The notes: generated by a model not told the origin, from the sequence alone. A DNA stretch of 64,000 nt from Candidatus Parcubacteria bacterium (GCA_027450205.1 DAIDJL010000002.1:205007-269006), one strand, 5' to 3'; positions 47,192 to 57,745 are shown, numbered from the stretch's first letter. Program-made: numbers and translations.

Positions 47192-47294
47192 AGATAAGGC
47201 GGGCTTATATAAGTTCCCTGCCCGATCTTACCCCATATATGCGGAAGGCAAAGTTGCTGATGTGAGGGGAAAGCGATACCGTTAAGGTATCCCA

Positions 47295-47660
47295 ATGGAC
47301 AATCAGCCCGTTAAAAAGTCCAAGAAAGCATGGTGGGTCATAGGTGGCATAGCGCTCGCCGTAACGATCGTTGGCATAGCGAGCGGTAATTCAAATACGC
47401 AAACTTCTGCACCTAACACTCAAACGGCGAATGTTTTCCAGCAGGTCGTTGCACCTACAGCGCCCACCCCACCAGCGCCAGCTATGCTTTCGAATAGCAA
47501 CTACTATACGAATTCCGACGGCAATACCGTTCACTCACCTGCGTATTCAAACGCTGTTCCTGTGGGAGCGACCGCGCAGTGCGCCGACGGGACATACAGC
47601 TTCAGCCAGCATCGCAGCGGCACGTGTTCGCATCACGGGGGAGTGGCGACGTGGCTATAA
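47295..47660 (+). CDS. DUF3761-like secreted protein
   Basis: TM, then YYTNSDGNTVHSP...CADGTYSFSQHRSGTCSHHGGVATWL. Confidence 0.5.
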   Translation: MDNQPVKKSKKAWWVIGGIALAVTIVGIASGNSNTQTSAPNTQTANVFQQVVAPTAPTPPAPAMLSNSNYYTNSDGNTVHSPAYSNAVPVGATAQCADGTYSFSQHRSGTCSHHGGVATWL

Positions 47661-47734
47661 ATCCCCCGTCCCTATTAATTTGCTGCTTGCCCTAGTCTGC
47701 TTACTTTGCGTGAAACATTACGCCGCCGTAGAAT

Positions 47735-50700
47735 GTGAGCATGAACGGCGATTTACAACCAAACACACAAGGGTTACCGGATGGGTTTAAGCGGGACGAT
47801 CATCAGGACTCAATTTATGAGCGCCTTAGGCGACTAGTAGGCCCCGGCCCTGCCGATTTTTACAATGACGCATGTAGGCATTTCGCTACCCAACCGCCTT
47901 TTTCCAGCGCCACCCACCTTATCGGGCATCTTATGCGCGAAATCGAAAGCGCCCTGCGAGATGTCTTAGAGCCGCTCGCCGATTCCACAAAATTGGCGGC
48001 GATCGATAAAAATAAAAAACACGACGGCACCATCAGGGTCATCTTGGACGCGCTCGGCATTCCCGAGTCAGATCCGATTGCGAAGGCCTGGCTGAGCATG
48101 GCCGGCGACGACGGATTGTACAGTCGGGCTCATCGGAATAATCTCGAGGCCGCGCGGCCGCTCGACGATGAATTTGTTGAATTTTGGGCGCAGTTCGAAT
48201 CGGTGTTGTCTGCGGTGCTCGACAAATTCGAGGGTCAGTATACAAAAGTATTCGAGACGATCGATGTTCTTGCGAAAAGATCGAATCCTACCGAGGGAGA
48301 TGCCAAGCTTTTCCTGTTGCATATCCCTAACGATTTCCTTTCCCGCACCCGTCTCTTCGATCAGATGATTGATCCCGGATGGCTGCCTTTATTGAAGGGG
48401 AAAGGGGTGTTCGATGAGGTGCCACGTCCAGAGCAGAATTTCGAAGAGCGTACCACGCGCTACTTGCCATGGCCGCCCGTGAATTACCTGATCAAAATGG
48501 CTCCACTGGATGGAAAGGCGGTGGCGGCCATCCTGCTTGCAGTGAAAGACAACGACAATGCCATAGCAAAAGGCAACCTTCTGACGATCGCTGCCAACCT
48601 TCCGAAAGAACAAAGGGAATCCATTCTGGAGAAGGCAAAGGAGTGGATGAAAACGCATCATCCGTTTTATGTAGTCGACGCAGCGAAGAAACTTGCCGGG
48701 CAATTTGCGGATGATGGGCAAACCGATTCAGCTCTCGAAATTGCGAGCACCCTCCTGGAAATTCTGCCCGATCCAAGATCGCAAGCCGGTGAGGAAAATA
48801 AGGCAGCATGGTTTTCTCCCGATCCCCAGACCCGCCTCGATGACTGGCAGTACGGAGAATTTTTGAAAAGGGATTTTCAGAAGATTGTTGCACTCGATCC
48901 GCAAAAAGCCTACGACCTCACGGCTCGGCTATTGTTGGATTTTGTGAACCTGAAGACAGGCCACTATCCCGATCACAATTTCGATGATGCGATGCACATC
49001 TCGTGCCCGTCTATCGGTGGAGGCGACGATCAGCGCGACTTCGATCGTCTGGAACGCATCTTGGTCCATGCGGTGCGCAGTACCGCAGAGGCCGTCGTGC
49101 AAAAAAATCCAGAGAAATTCCCCGCGGTAATTTCCGATTTGGAAGGCAAAAAATGGACCATCTTCCGGCGCATCGCCCTCTATATCCTGAGCGAAGCTCC
49201 TGATTCCATGCGAGATCTCATCGCGCAGCACCTCACGGACGATGCACTCTTTAATGATTCATCCTTTAGAGCAGAATACAAACTGCTTGCCGAGAAGAGG
49301 TTCCCATTGCTGACAAAAGAAGAGCAAGGCCTTATTTTCGGGTGGATCGAAAAAGCCGAACGGCCGAAGGAGATGATCGCGGCAGATAAAAACGAGTTCA
49401 CGCCGAAGCAGGCCGAAGATTATGTGAGACGGTGGCAACGAAATAAGCTCGATTATCTGGAAGGGCATCTTAACGACGATCTGAAGGAGCGCTACGCGAC
49501 GCTGCTGGCTACTCAGCCAGACCCCCCGGACGGCACCATCACCGAATGGTATGGTCCGACGAGCAGCCTGAACGCCCAGCAGTTGATCACTATGGATTCG
49601 TCCGCTATCATCGAGCACCTGAAGGCATGGGAACCGAAAAACGAGCATTTCGGTTTTGGTCCGACCAAAGAGGGGCTGGGCCGTGAAATTGTGTCTGCAA
49701 TCAAGCTGAAGCCGGAATTGTTCCGGGATCTCGCCGATGAATTTAAGGGGCTAGATCCGACCTATATCCGCTCTTACATCTCGGGATTTGAAGAGGTTGC
49801 CCGGAAAGGGACGGCGCTTGATTGGCCTGCAATGTTCTCGCTCATCCAGTGGGTTATGGATCAGCCGCGGGAGATGCCGGGCAGGAGGGGCGGCGATATG
49901 GATCAGGACCCCGACTGGGGATGGACGAGGAAAGCCATCGCTTCGCTTTTCACGCATGCGGCCAATGCGAACCAAATCCCATTCGAGATGAGAAAGCAGT
50001 TTTGGAAAGCGTTGGAGCCGCTTACCGACGATACGGATCCGACTCCAGGCAAGGAAAAAATCGATGAGAATTCATTTGCAAATGATGCCTACGGATGGAC
50101 GATCAACACAACCAGAGGGGAAGCGATGAGTGCACTGATCGAGTATGCATTGTGGGTATACCGCAACACGGAAAAACTCCCCAACGGGAAAGAGGAAATC
50201 AAAAAAGGATTCGGCATTATGCCCGAAGTGAAAGAAGTTCTAGAAAAACACCTCGATCCGAAGGTCGATCCTTCCATCGGAGTGCGTGCCGTCTATGGAA
50301 GGTTCTTGCCGTGGCTCATATTCATGGACGAACCCTGGGTCATTAAGAACCTCGAGAACATCTTCCATCGGGGTGAATTCGGCGAACCTCTTTACGCCGC
50401 CGCATGGGATACCTACATGATGCATGTCCCAGGCGCATACAATCGCCCTTTCGAAGTGCTGCAAGATCAGTACAAAGAAGCGGTGAGGAATCTCGGCAAG
50501 GTAAAAAGGAAACAGGGTCGGTTTACTGACCGCGATGAACGCGTCGCCGAACAATTAATGATCTTCTTTTGGCGCGACAAAGTTAAGCTGAGCGACAACC
50601 TTTTCAAGTCCTTTTGGGAGAATGCCGATGCCTCTCTCCGCGGTCATGCGATTAGCTTCGTCGGACGGAGCATCAAGAATATTGAAGATGTTCCGCCACC

Positions 50701-51139
50701 CGAGGTCATCGTCGCCCTAAAGGGACTCTGGCAGAACCGCATTGACGCACTCGCGAAAGCGGACGACAAAAAGCAATTCGCCGAAGAAATGGCTGCATTT
50801 GGCTGGTGGTTCGCATCGGGGAAGTTCGACGACGAATGGAGCGCGGCCCAGTATTTGGCCGCTCTCGACATCGGGACGAAATTCCAATCCGATCACTTCG
50901 TGCTGCAACGTCTTGTGGAATTGGTAAAAACAATGCCATTTGAAGCGGTGCGGATTTTGACCAAGCTGCTTTTGGCCAAGGATCAGGCGCAATGGAGGGT
51001 GGCAGGGAATAAAAATGAAATCACGCAAATCCTTTTGGCGGGGTTAGGCAGTGCAGATTCAACCGCTCAAAATGAAGCACGGGATTTGATCAATCGATTG
51101 GTGGCAAGAGGATACGACGATTTTCAGGCATTACTTTAA
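47735..51139 (+). CDS. large (1134 aa) cytoplasmic alpha-helical repeat protein of unknown function
   Basis: Uninterrupted ORF, no signal peptide, no P-loop recognised by eye; immediately followed by a protease gene. Confidence 0.7.
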   Translation: MSMNGDLQPNTQGLPDGFKRDDHQDSIYERLRRLVGPGPADFYNDACRHFATQPPFSSATHLIGHLMREIESALRDVLEPLADSTKLAAIDKNKKHDGTIRVILDALGIPESDPIAKAWLSMAGDDGLYSRAHRNNLEAARPLDDEFVEFWAQFESVLSAVLDKFEGQYTKVFETIDVLAKRSNPTEGDAKLFLLHIPNDFLSRTRLFDQMIDPGWLPLLKGKGVFDEVPRPEQNFEERTTRYLPWPPVNYLIKMAPLDGKAVAAILLAVKDNDNAIAKGNLLTIAANLPKEQRESILEKAKEWMKTHHPFYVVDAAKKLAGQFADDGQTDSALEIASTLLEILPDPRSQAGEENKAAWFSPDPQTRLDDWQYGEFLKRDFQKIVALDPQKAYDLTARLLLDFVNLKTGHYPDHNFDDAMHISCPSIGGGDDQRDFDRLERILVHAVRSTAEAVVQKNPEKFPAVISDLEGKKWTIFRRIALYILSEAPDSMRDLIAQHLTDDALFNDSSFRAEYKLLAEKRFPLLTKEEQGLIFGWIEKAERPKEMIAADKNEFTPKQAEDYVRRWQRNKLDYLEGHLNDDLKERYATLLATQPDPPDGTITEWYGPTSSLNAQQLITMDSSAIIEHLKAWEPKNEHFGFGPTKEGLGREIVSAIKLKPELFRDLADEFKGLDPTYIRSYISGFEEVARKGTALDWPAMFSLIQWVMDQPREMPGRRGGDMDQDPDWGWTRKAIASLFTHAANANQIPFEMRKQFWKALEPLTDDTDPTPGKEKIDENSFANDAYGWTINTTRGEAMSALIEYALWVYRNTEKLPNGKEEIKKGFGIMPEVKEVLEKHLDPKVDPSIGVRAVYGRFLPWLIFMDEPWVIKNLENIFHRGEFGEPLYAAAWDTYMMHVPGAYNRPFEVLQDQYKEAVRNLGKVKRKQGRFTDRDERVAEQLMIFFWRDKVKLSDNLFKSFWENADASLRGHAISFVGRSIKNIEDVPPPEVIVALKGLWQNRIDALAKADDKKQFAEEMAAFGWWFASGKFDDEWSAAQYLAALDIGTKFQSDHFVLQRLVELVKTMPFEAVRILTKLLLAKDQAQWRVAGNKNEITQILLAGLGSADSTAQNEARDLINRLVARGYDDFQALL

Positions 51140-51175
51140 GCCGCGCTTATAAAAATCTGATAGAGTTAATTTGTC

Positions 51176-51874
51176 ATGATCCCGGACTTAATTCTTACGG
51201 GTGTAACTCTCATTAAAACATTCTCGACCGAATTGGCGGGGCAGAAAACCCGGCCGATTCCGGTCGATATGGCAACGGGGTTCTTCTACTCGCGCACCGA
51301 AAAGCTTTATCTGATTACGAATAAGCACGTCATCTATGGAGATTATTTTTGGAGCGAGGCAGCCACGCCACAGGTCAGCCTGTTTAGTATTCTGCTATAT
51401 GAAAATCCAAAAGATTTAACGCAGAAAAAATGGGTTGATATGCCCTTGGTGGTGGACGACAGGAATATATGGCTGGAACATCTTCGAAGGGTTGATGTCG
51501 TAGCAATCCCGCTCCCGCCAGACATCAACCCGCAGAATTACGCGGTCACTCCGCTCGTCAGTTTTTCTTCGCCCGTTGCCAATACCGACATCTTCACCGT
51601 TGGCTATCGGCGAGATTTATTTAACGCGGCTACTCCGGAGCCGATCGATGAGATCGAGCCAATTATGACGACAGGCCGCCTGTTAAGAGTCGCTCCGACA
51701 AGGATGCCCGCAGATATAGAAACTCACGTCGGGATGAGCGGCAGTCCGGTCTTTGCGGGATTGCCGGACAGGAACAACGAACTCATCGGAGTCCATTCAG
51801 GCCAAAATTCGGGACTCGCCGTGGTTTGGAATGCGAAGCTGATATCGGAGATAATCGAGCAACTTCCGCAATAG
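51176..51874 (+). CDS. cytoplasmic trypsin-like (S1/chymotrypsin-fold) serine protease
   Basis: His (ITNKHVI), Asp (VDVVAIPL), Ser (GMSGSPVF) triad in the correct order; no signal peptide; 232 aa. Confidence 0.65.
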   Translation: MIPDLILTGVTLIKTFSTELAGQKTRPIPVDMATGFFYSRTEKLYLITNKHVIYGDYFWSEAATPQVSLFSILLYENPKDLTQKKWVDMPLVVDDRNIWLEHLRRVDVVAIPLPPDINPQNYAVTPLVSFSSPVANTDIFTVGYRRDLFNAATPEPIDEIEPIMTTGRLLRVAPTRMPADIETHVGMSGSPVFAGLPDRNNELIGVHSGQNSGLAVVWNAKLISEIIEQLPQ

Positions 51875-52030
51875 CAGATTTTATCTGCGAATCATCACTC
51901 ACCTATTTTGGAAAGGATCATCAAAGGTAGAAAACTTGATATGTGGAGGAAAGGGCAGGGCGTAATCACGAGTGACTAATAAGATTCCTGAAATATTGAC
52001 GGCCGTGATTTTCGCGGGTATGGTGCGGGA

Positions 52031-52414
52031 ATGACCCCGACTTCGACGGCCCAGTTTATCACAGATCTATTTCAAAAGACGGAGGTACTCGCGGAACAGC
52101 AGGCTGCAGTGTTTCTGAAGATGCTCTTGATATCGGTCTGGACATACTTCAAGCCATATCTTCCTTATGTCGTAACGATCCTCTTTGGCGGGCTGATCAT
52201 TGCGTCGGTGAAGGCGATGTTCGGGAAAACGGGCATGTTGGGCAGTCTGCTTTACCACATTTTCTATTTCGCCGTTCTGGGCATCGTGCTTTGGATCATG
52301 GGACTACAACTCGTTTTCAATCCCTATTTTGATTTGGTCTGTTTTGTCATCTATCGTCTGTGTTACTGGTTGACCGGCATTGTCTTGGAAAAATTTAAAC
52401 ATGCGCGATTATAA
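52031..52414 (+). CDS. membrane protein (4 TM)
   Basis: 127-aa hydrophobic ORF. Confidence 0.4.
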   Translation: MTPTSTAQFITDLFQKTEVLAEQQAAVFLKMLLISVWTYFKPYLPYVVTILFGGLIIASVKAMFGKTGMLGSLLYHIFYFAVLGIVLWIMGLQLVFNPYFDLVCFVIYRLCYWLTGIVLEKFKHARL

Positions 52415-52945
52415 TTTTATCTTCTCTTTCTTCTTTGATCGAATTTCCAATCGCGCGCCTCGCTTAGGGAAGACGATAACGTGCTCGGACTGGTATCTGT
52501 TTTGTCGATAATCCTCGAATTCAATCGTGAGCACAAGCACGCCGTCACCGCCGAAATCATCTTTGCTGATCGGAATCCGATAACCATCCGAAGGAACGGC
52601 GGCATAGTCCAATAACTGCGGCGTTCCTTTCTGGAACCAATAGCGGTTGAGATATACGGTATATGTGCCAACACTCTTCACGATAACATCCATGTTCTGC
52701 GGCTGGAAGTAGCCCGTCGCGGCGGCCTCTGGCAGAGAATTGACCGGGATTGCTTGTACCGACAGTTCCACGAAATGCTCGGCGTCCGTCTGCTTTGCCT
52801 GCAACGCCTTTATGCCTTCGTTGATTTCATTCTGCTTCTCGCCGATCTTCTTGGCGCAATAAGCTGCCCACCATGCGACGCCAACGGCGATTACGGCTGC
52901 GGCGGCAGCAACCCATGTGGCTACGGTCTGACTCGTGTTGTCCAT
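52409..52945 (-). CDS. membrane-anchored protein
   Basis: N-terminal TM WVAAAAAVIAVGVAWWAAY; 178 aa. Confidence 0.4.
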   Translation of the reverse strand: MDNTSQTVATWVAAAAAVIAVGVAWWAAYCAKKIGEKQNEINEGIKALQAKQTDAEHFVELSVQAIPVNSLPEAAATGYFQPQNMDVIVKSVGTYTVYLNRYWFQKGTPQLLDYAAVPSDGYRIPISKDDFGGDGVLVLTIEFEDYRQNRYQSEHVIVFPKRGARLEIRSKKKEKIKL

Positions 52946-52999
52946 ACGATAATTATATTCAAATCAGAAAAACATCCTAGGAAGTGGTAAAATATCCCC

Positions 53000-53476
53000 A
53001 TGAGTCGCCCATCAAAAAAGATTACCCCTAGCGAACCAAAGGCACTAGTCATTCAGAAAAGGCTAGAGTATGTCGTCGTGCCTAAGGAGTCCGCCTTAAA
53101 GATCGTGCGGGATATGCTCGGCGCGGATAAAGCAATCATTTTCAGCAAGGACGCTATACCGAAAGAGCTTTTCCTCACCAGATCCGGTGAATTATATCGC
53201 GGCGACAACCGTGCGCAGTTTTCATTCATGTTCGAAAACCGCCGTGCCGCTCTTATTAGGGCGTTCCTCGGAAATGGAAATGATTTTATTCCAGGCGTGG
53301 ACCTCCAGGAAGAGGCTGGGTATAAAACCAAGGAGTCGATGTATAAGGCCATCGACGCTATCAATATGAACGTACGGCGTCAGCTCGGCATCCAGGAAAA
53401 GGAATTGATTGAAAGTAGGGGTGCTAAGGGCTTCCGCATCACTCCCGCGTACAAAATTATCCGCGCAAAAGAGTAG
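53000..53476 (+). CDS. winged-helix DNA-binding protein (OmpR/CadC-type C-terminal effector-like)
   Basis: ...MYKAIDAINMNVRRQLG...ESRGAKGFRI resembles the trans_reg_C wing. Confidence 0.4.
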   Translation: MSRPSKKITPSEPKALVIQKRLEYVVVPKESALKIVRDMLGADKAIIFSKDAIPKELFLTRSGELYRGDNRAQFSFMFENRRAALIRAFLGNGNDFIPGVDLQEEAGYKTKESMYKAIDAINMNVRRQLGIQEKELIESRGAKGFRITPAYKIIRAKE

Positions 53477-54027
53477 GCTCCGCTCATTATCCGAGTGGAG
53501 TGTATAGTCGAACTGAAAACGCCCCTTTCAGGAGCTTTTTTGTCTTAAAACTCCACTCGCACTCCAATCGACCGCCTTGAAGGGTCGGGTTCTAATGAGT
53601 ACATGGAGCGTGATGGAAGAGACGTATCTAAAAAAAGGGGGTCAGGAAGCAAGTCAGCGAAAGAATCCGCTGAAAGGCAGGCTGGCGTAGCAGTGACCGT
53701 AGACCTGAATCGCTCGGACGGATTTTATGTTGCTCACTTCGGTCAATCACTCCCATGTTGACCGACGCCCAGGTTGAAAAATACCGGGCGCTTTATCGCA
53801 AACGCTTCGGTAAGGAGATCAGCAAGGAGGATGCCTTTGAACAAGGCACTAGGTTTGTGCGCCTCGTGGAGCTTATCCGTAGGCCGATGGCCACGGAAGA
53901 ATATAAGGCGATACCGACTCGCCACTTAGAAAAGAGTCGGGCCACCAATGAGCCTCCATAATGTCCCTATATAACGTGATCTAGAAGGGGTATCAAGGTC
54001 AAAAATCAACCACATTCAACAAAAAAT

Positions 54028-54456
54028 ATGAATGAAAACAATGAAGACGTGGATCTCGCGGCACTTTTAGCTAAGAATCGCGATGAAAGGGAAACAATAC
54101 GATGGCTGAAGCGGCGTCAAAAAAATAGAACCTATTATCTCGAACATAAGGGCGTGATTAAGGAGCGGTCGCTAAAAAATTATTACCTAAAGCGAGAGGA
54201 AAAAGAACAAGCGGAGAAAATACAAGGAATGGGTACTGAACAATCGGCGGAAAGGATTGGCAGGTACGTCATCCTGGTATTCTGGGCTTCATGCATATTT
54301 GCCGGGATGGCAGTCGCCGTGTGGTTGTCGAACAAGCAGAAAAAACCGGACGCGTTGTCCTTGAATCAAGGAAATAAGGAATCGGATGTCGAAGAGGGAA
54401 ATTCATCAAGTTTTCCGTTTGAAAAGCCTCAAGCCAAGTATTGGGGATTAGGGTAG
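54028..54456 (+). CDS. membrane protein with charged coiled-coil N-terminus
   Basis: 142 aa; one TM. Confidence 0.35.
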   Translation: MNENNEDVDLAALLAKNRDERETIRWLKRRQKNRTYYLEHKGVIKERSLKNYYLKREEKEQAEKIQGMGTEQSAERIGRYVILVFWASCIFAGMAVAVWLSNKQKKPDALSLNQGNKESDVEEGNSSSFPFEKPQAKYWGLG

Positions 54457-54653
54457 ACTATCCACTTTCATTATGCACTATTGATGGAAAATACCAATTG
54501 CGCCATAATAACAAGGCACACAGTCATCGGGTTCGCGGGCTTTTGTATTCAAAAAGGGGTAGCTCCGTACAAGCGTCCGCGAGGATGATTGTGTGCAACG
54601 GGGCTATCCCTTTTTGCGTATAAAGGCCGGAAAATAAAAACCAATAAATTACA

Positions 54654-56252
54654 ATGGAAAAATCAGCAGAGAAAATTAAATACTTCATGTACGCTCGCAA
54701 ATCGTCCGAGAGCGAGGATCGGCAGATGGCGTCTATCGAATCCCAGATTGACGAGCTGAAAAAGCTTGCCAAAGAAAACAATCTCGAGATCGTCGAGGTG
54801 TTTTCCGAATCAAAGTCGGCGAAAGCGCCGGGTCGCACGGAGTTCAGGAAAATGATCGAGCGCATTCAGGAAGGTGAAGTACAAGGTGTCATCTGCTGGA
54901 AGCTGAACCGGCTGGCGAGGAATCCTGTTGATGGCGGGGAAATCAGCTGGCTGCTTCAGCAGAGTGTCATCAAGCACATCCAGACGTATGGGCGGAGCTA
55001 TTACCCGACCGATAACGTCTTAATGATGAGCGTGGAGTTCGGCATGGCGAACCAATTTGTGAAGGACTTGAGCGTGGATACGAAGCGCGGCATGCGGGCA
55101 AAGGCGGAGCGAGGATGGTGTCCCGGTCCGGCTCCCGTCGGATATCTCCATAATCCCATTAAGAAACAGGGCGAAAAGGAGGTTCTTTCCGATGAAAAGC
55201 GTTTTGGCATCGTCTCAAAATGCTGGGCGATGATGCTCATGGGAGCGCATACGGTGCCACAGGTGTGGGAGGTTGCGGTGAACCGGTGGGGCCTTACCGG
55301 TCGCATGGGGAAGAAGCTCAGTTTGAGCAACATGTATGCTTTGTTTGCTAATCCCTTCTATTGCGGAGAGTTTGAGTATCCTCTTGGAAGCGGTATCTGG
55401 CATCAGGGGAAGCACGAGCCGATGATTACCCGGAAAGAATTCGAGCGCGTGCAGACCATTATGGGCTGGGGCAACAAGTCACGGCGGAAGACGCATGACA
55501 TTTCCATGCGCGGCCCGATCCTGTGTGGGGAGTGCGGCGCAATGATTACAGCCGAGGAGAAAGTCAAAATCCAAAAGAATGGAAATCGCCATGAATACAC
55601 TTACTACCACTGTACTGGGCGAAAAAACAAGAATTGCTTGCAGAAGCGCATCCGCATTGAAGAGAAGGAGTTAGAGCGACAGGTTAAGGAAATCTTTTCA
55701 AAGGTTGAAATCCCGCAGGAGTTTTATGAGTGGGCCATGGATGTATTACGCGAGTCGAATGAGGCGGAGTCGACAACTCGTGCGAAGATCACCGACAGTC
55801 AGCGGGCAGAATACGATCGTAGCGTGAAGATGATCGACGCCATCATCGATATGCGGGCGCGTGGCGAAATCACCGAGGAAGAGTTTACGCGACGCAAGAC
55901 ATCGCTGCTTACGGAAAAACATCACTTACAAGGGCTTATTAACGATGCCGACAAAGGTGTAGATGATTGGCTCGCAACGGCCGACAAGTATTTCAACTTC
56001 GCGGCGAATGCCAAGCGGAAGTTCGAAAACGGCACATCCGACGAGATCCGGGAGCTACTAACCCTCTTAGGTTCGGACCTCCTCTTAACGCAAGGAAAAC
56101 TCAGTGTTTCCTTGGCCGAACCACTCATCGTGATCGAAAAATTAGCGCCGGGAGCACGACTCATAAATGAGAGGTTTGGACCTGCAAAAAATGCAGAAGA
56201 TATAAAGGAATTAAGAACGTTATACGCTCAAAATTCAACAAGGGGTGCCTAA
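54654..56252 (+). CDS. large serine recombinase (resolvase catalytic domain plus recombinase and zinc-ribbon domains)
   Basis: N-terminal YARKSSESEDRQMASIESQ (catalytic Ser region), recombinase domain, Cys4 CGECG...C..C, C-terminal coiled coil; stop codon lies inside tRNA-His. Confidence 0.85.
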   Translation: MEKSAEKIKYFMYARKSSESEDRQMASIESQIDELKKLAKENNLEIVEVFSESKSAKAPGRTEFRKMIERIQEGEVQGVICWKLNRLARNPVDGGEISWLLQQSVIKHIQTYGRSYYPTDNVLMMSVEFGMANQFVKDLSVDTKRGMRAKAERGWCPGPAPVGYLHNPIKKQGEKEVLSDEKRFGIVSKCWAMMLMGAHTVPQVWEVAVNRWGLTGRMGKKLSLSNMYALFANPFYCGEFEYPLGSGIWHQGKHEPMITRKEFERVQTIMGWGNKSRRKTHDISMRGPILCGECGAMITAEEKVKIQKNGNRHEYTYYHCTGRKNKNCLQKRIRIEEKELERQVKEIFSKVEIPQEFYEWAMDVLRESNEAESTTRAKITDSQRAEYDRSVKMIDAIIDMRARGEITEEEFTRRKTSLLTEKHHLQGLINDADKGVDDWLATADKYFNFAANAKRKFENGTSDEIRELLTLLGSDLLLTQGKLSVSLAEPLIVIEKLAPGARLINERFGPAKNAEDIKELRTLYAQNSTRGA

Positions 56253-56315
56253 CGGGAATCGGACCCGTATTGCCGCTGCCACAGAGCGGAGCTTTACCAT
56301 TAAGCTATAGGCACC
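56244..56315 (-). tRNA. tRNA-His (anticodon GTG) with genomically encoded G-1
   Basis: G-1 plus acceptor GTGCCTA/TAGGCAC, D-arm GCTT-AATGGTA-AAGC, anticodon stem CCGCT/AGCGG with loop CTGTGGC, T-arm ACGGG-TCCGATT-CCCGT, discriminator C. Confidence 0.8.
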
Positions 56316-56494
56316 ATCATTGGTTGCGGCCACCATCATTGAATTTGCCGCCCCTGGCGGGCGGCCCATCCGCATCATTAATGTACACGGCTTTGGCTGA
56401 TTTTTCAATATTTTGGGAGTATGATTAGGGCATGGTGTAGTACTCATTACCGTTTTGAGGGGTCATATTAATCAGCTAATTTTACGCACATTCC

Positions 56495-57745
56495 ATGAAC
56501 TATTTCGAAGTACAAAAACACGATCCGCAGGTATACGAGATCATCAAGCGCGAGGAGCAGCGGCAGAAAGAAGGCATCGAATTGATCGCAAGCGAGAATT
56601 ATGTTTCCGCGGCGGTGCTTGAGGCGATGGGCTCCGTGCTCACCAATAAATATAGTGAAGGCTATCCGGGTAAGCGCTATTACGGCGGCAACGAGATCAT
56701 CGATCAGGCTGAGACATTGGCAATCGAACGCGCGAAGGAGTTGTTCGGTGCGGAGCATGTGAACGTGCAGCCGCTTTCAGGTTCGCCGGCGAATCTGGCT
56801 GTGTATATGGCGCTCTTACAGCCGGGCGACAAGGTATTGGGATTTTCGCTTGACCAGGGCGGACATCTTTCGCACGGGCACCCGCTCAATTTTTCCGGAA
56901 AGCTGTATACGATCATTCCCTATTTCGTAAATAAAGAAACCGAGATCATCGACATGGACGAAGTGGAAGCGATCGCGATGCGCGAGAAGCCAAAAATGAT
57001 CCTGGCCGGATTCTCCGCGTACTCGCGCTCGATGGACTGGGCGCGTTTCCGCGCGATCGCGGACAAGGTGGGCGCGTTCCTCTTCGCCGATATTGCGCAT
57101 ATCGCGGGACTCGTGGCGGGGAAGCAGCTTGAGAATCCGGTGCCGTTCTGTGATGTTGTTTCAACGACCACTCATAAGACCTTGCGCGGCCCGCGCGGCG
57201 CGATGATCATGTGCTGCGAGCAGTTCGCATCCGCGATCGATAAAGCGGTGTTTCCCGGAGTGCAGGGCGGCCCGCACGATCATATCAATGCCGCAAAAGC
57301 GGTGGCGTATGGCGAGGCGCTCAAGCCGGAGTTCGTGGAATATTCCAAAGCGGTGATCGCGAACGCCCGTGCGCTCGCGGCCGCACTGCAGGGGAAGGGG
57401 TACCGTATCATATCCGGGGGTACGGATAACCATCTGATGCTTGTCGATCTTTTTGGCAGCAAGAATATCACTGGCAAGGAGGCGGAAAAGGCTTTGGAAA
57501 AAGTCGGCATCTCGATCAATAAGAATATGATCCCGTTCGATCCGCGAAAGCCGCTCGACCCGTCAGGGATTCGTCTGGGCACGCCGGCACTCACCACGCG
57601 CGGCGCCGGTGAAGGCGACATGAAGACGGTTGCTGACCTGATGGACGAAACGCTTGCGCATCGCGAAGACGATGCGGCGCTTGCGGCGGTCCGGGAGAAA
57701 GTGAAGAAATTCTCGCTGCGATTCCCCGTGCCTGGGATTGAATAA
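56495..57745 (+). CDS. glyA: serine hydroxymethyltransferase
   Basis: Canonical SHMT sequence incl. PLP-Lys region VVSTTTHKTLRGPRG; 416 aa. Confidence 0.95.
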   Translation: MNYFEVQKHDPQVYEIIKREEQRQKEGIELIASENYVSAAVLEAMGSVLTNKYSEGYPGKRYYGGNEIIDQAETLAIERAKELFGAEHVNVQPLSGSPANLAVYMALLQPGDKVLGFSLDQGGHLSHGHPLNFSGKLYTIIPYFVNKETEIIDMDEVEAIAMREKPKMILAGFSAYSRSMDWARFRAIADKVGAFLFADIAHIAGLVAGKQLENPVPFCDVVSTTTHKTLRGPRGAMIMCCEQFASAIDKAVFPGVQGGPHDHINAAKAVAYGEALKPEFVEYSKAVIANARALAAALQGKGYRIISGGTDNHLMLVDLFGSKNITGKEAEKALEKVGISINKNMIPFDPRKPLDPSGIRLGTPALTTRGAGEGDMKTVADLMDETLAHREDDAALAAVREKVKKFSLRFPVPGIE

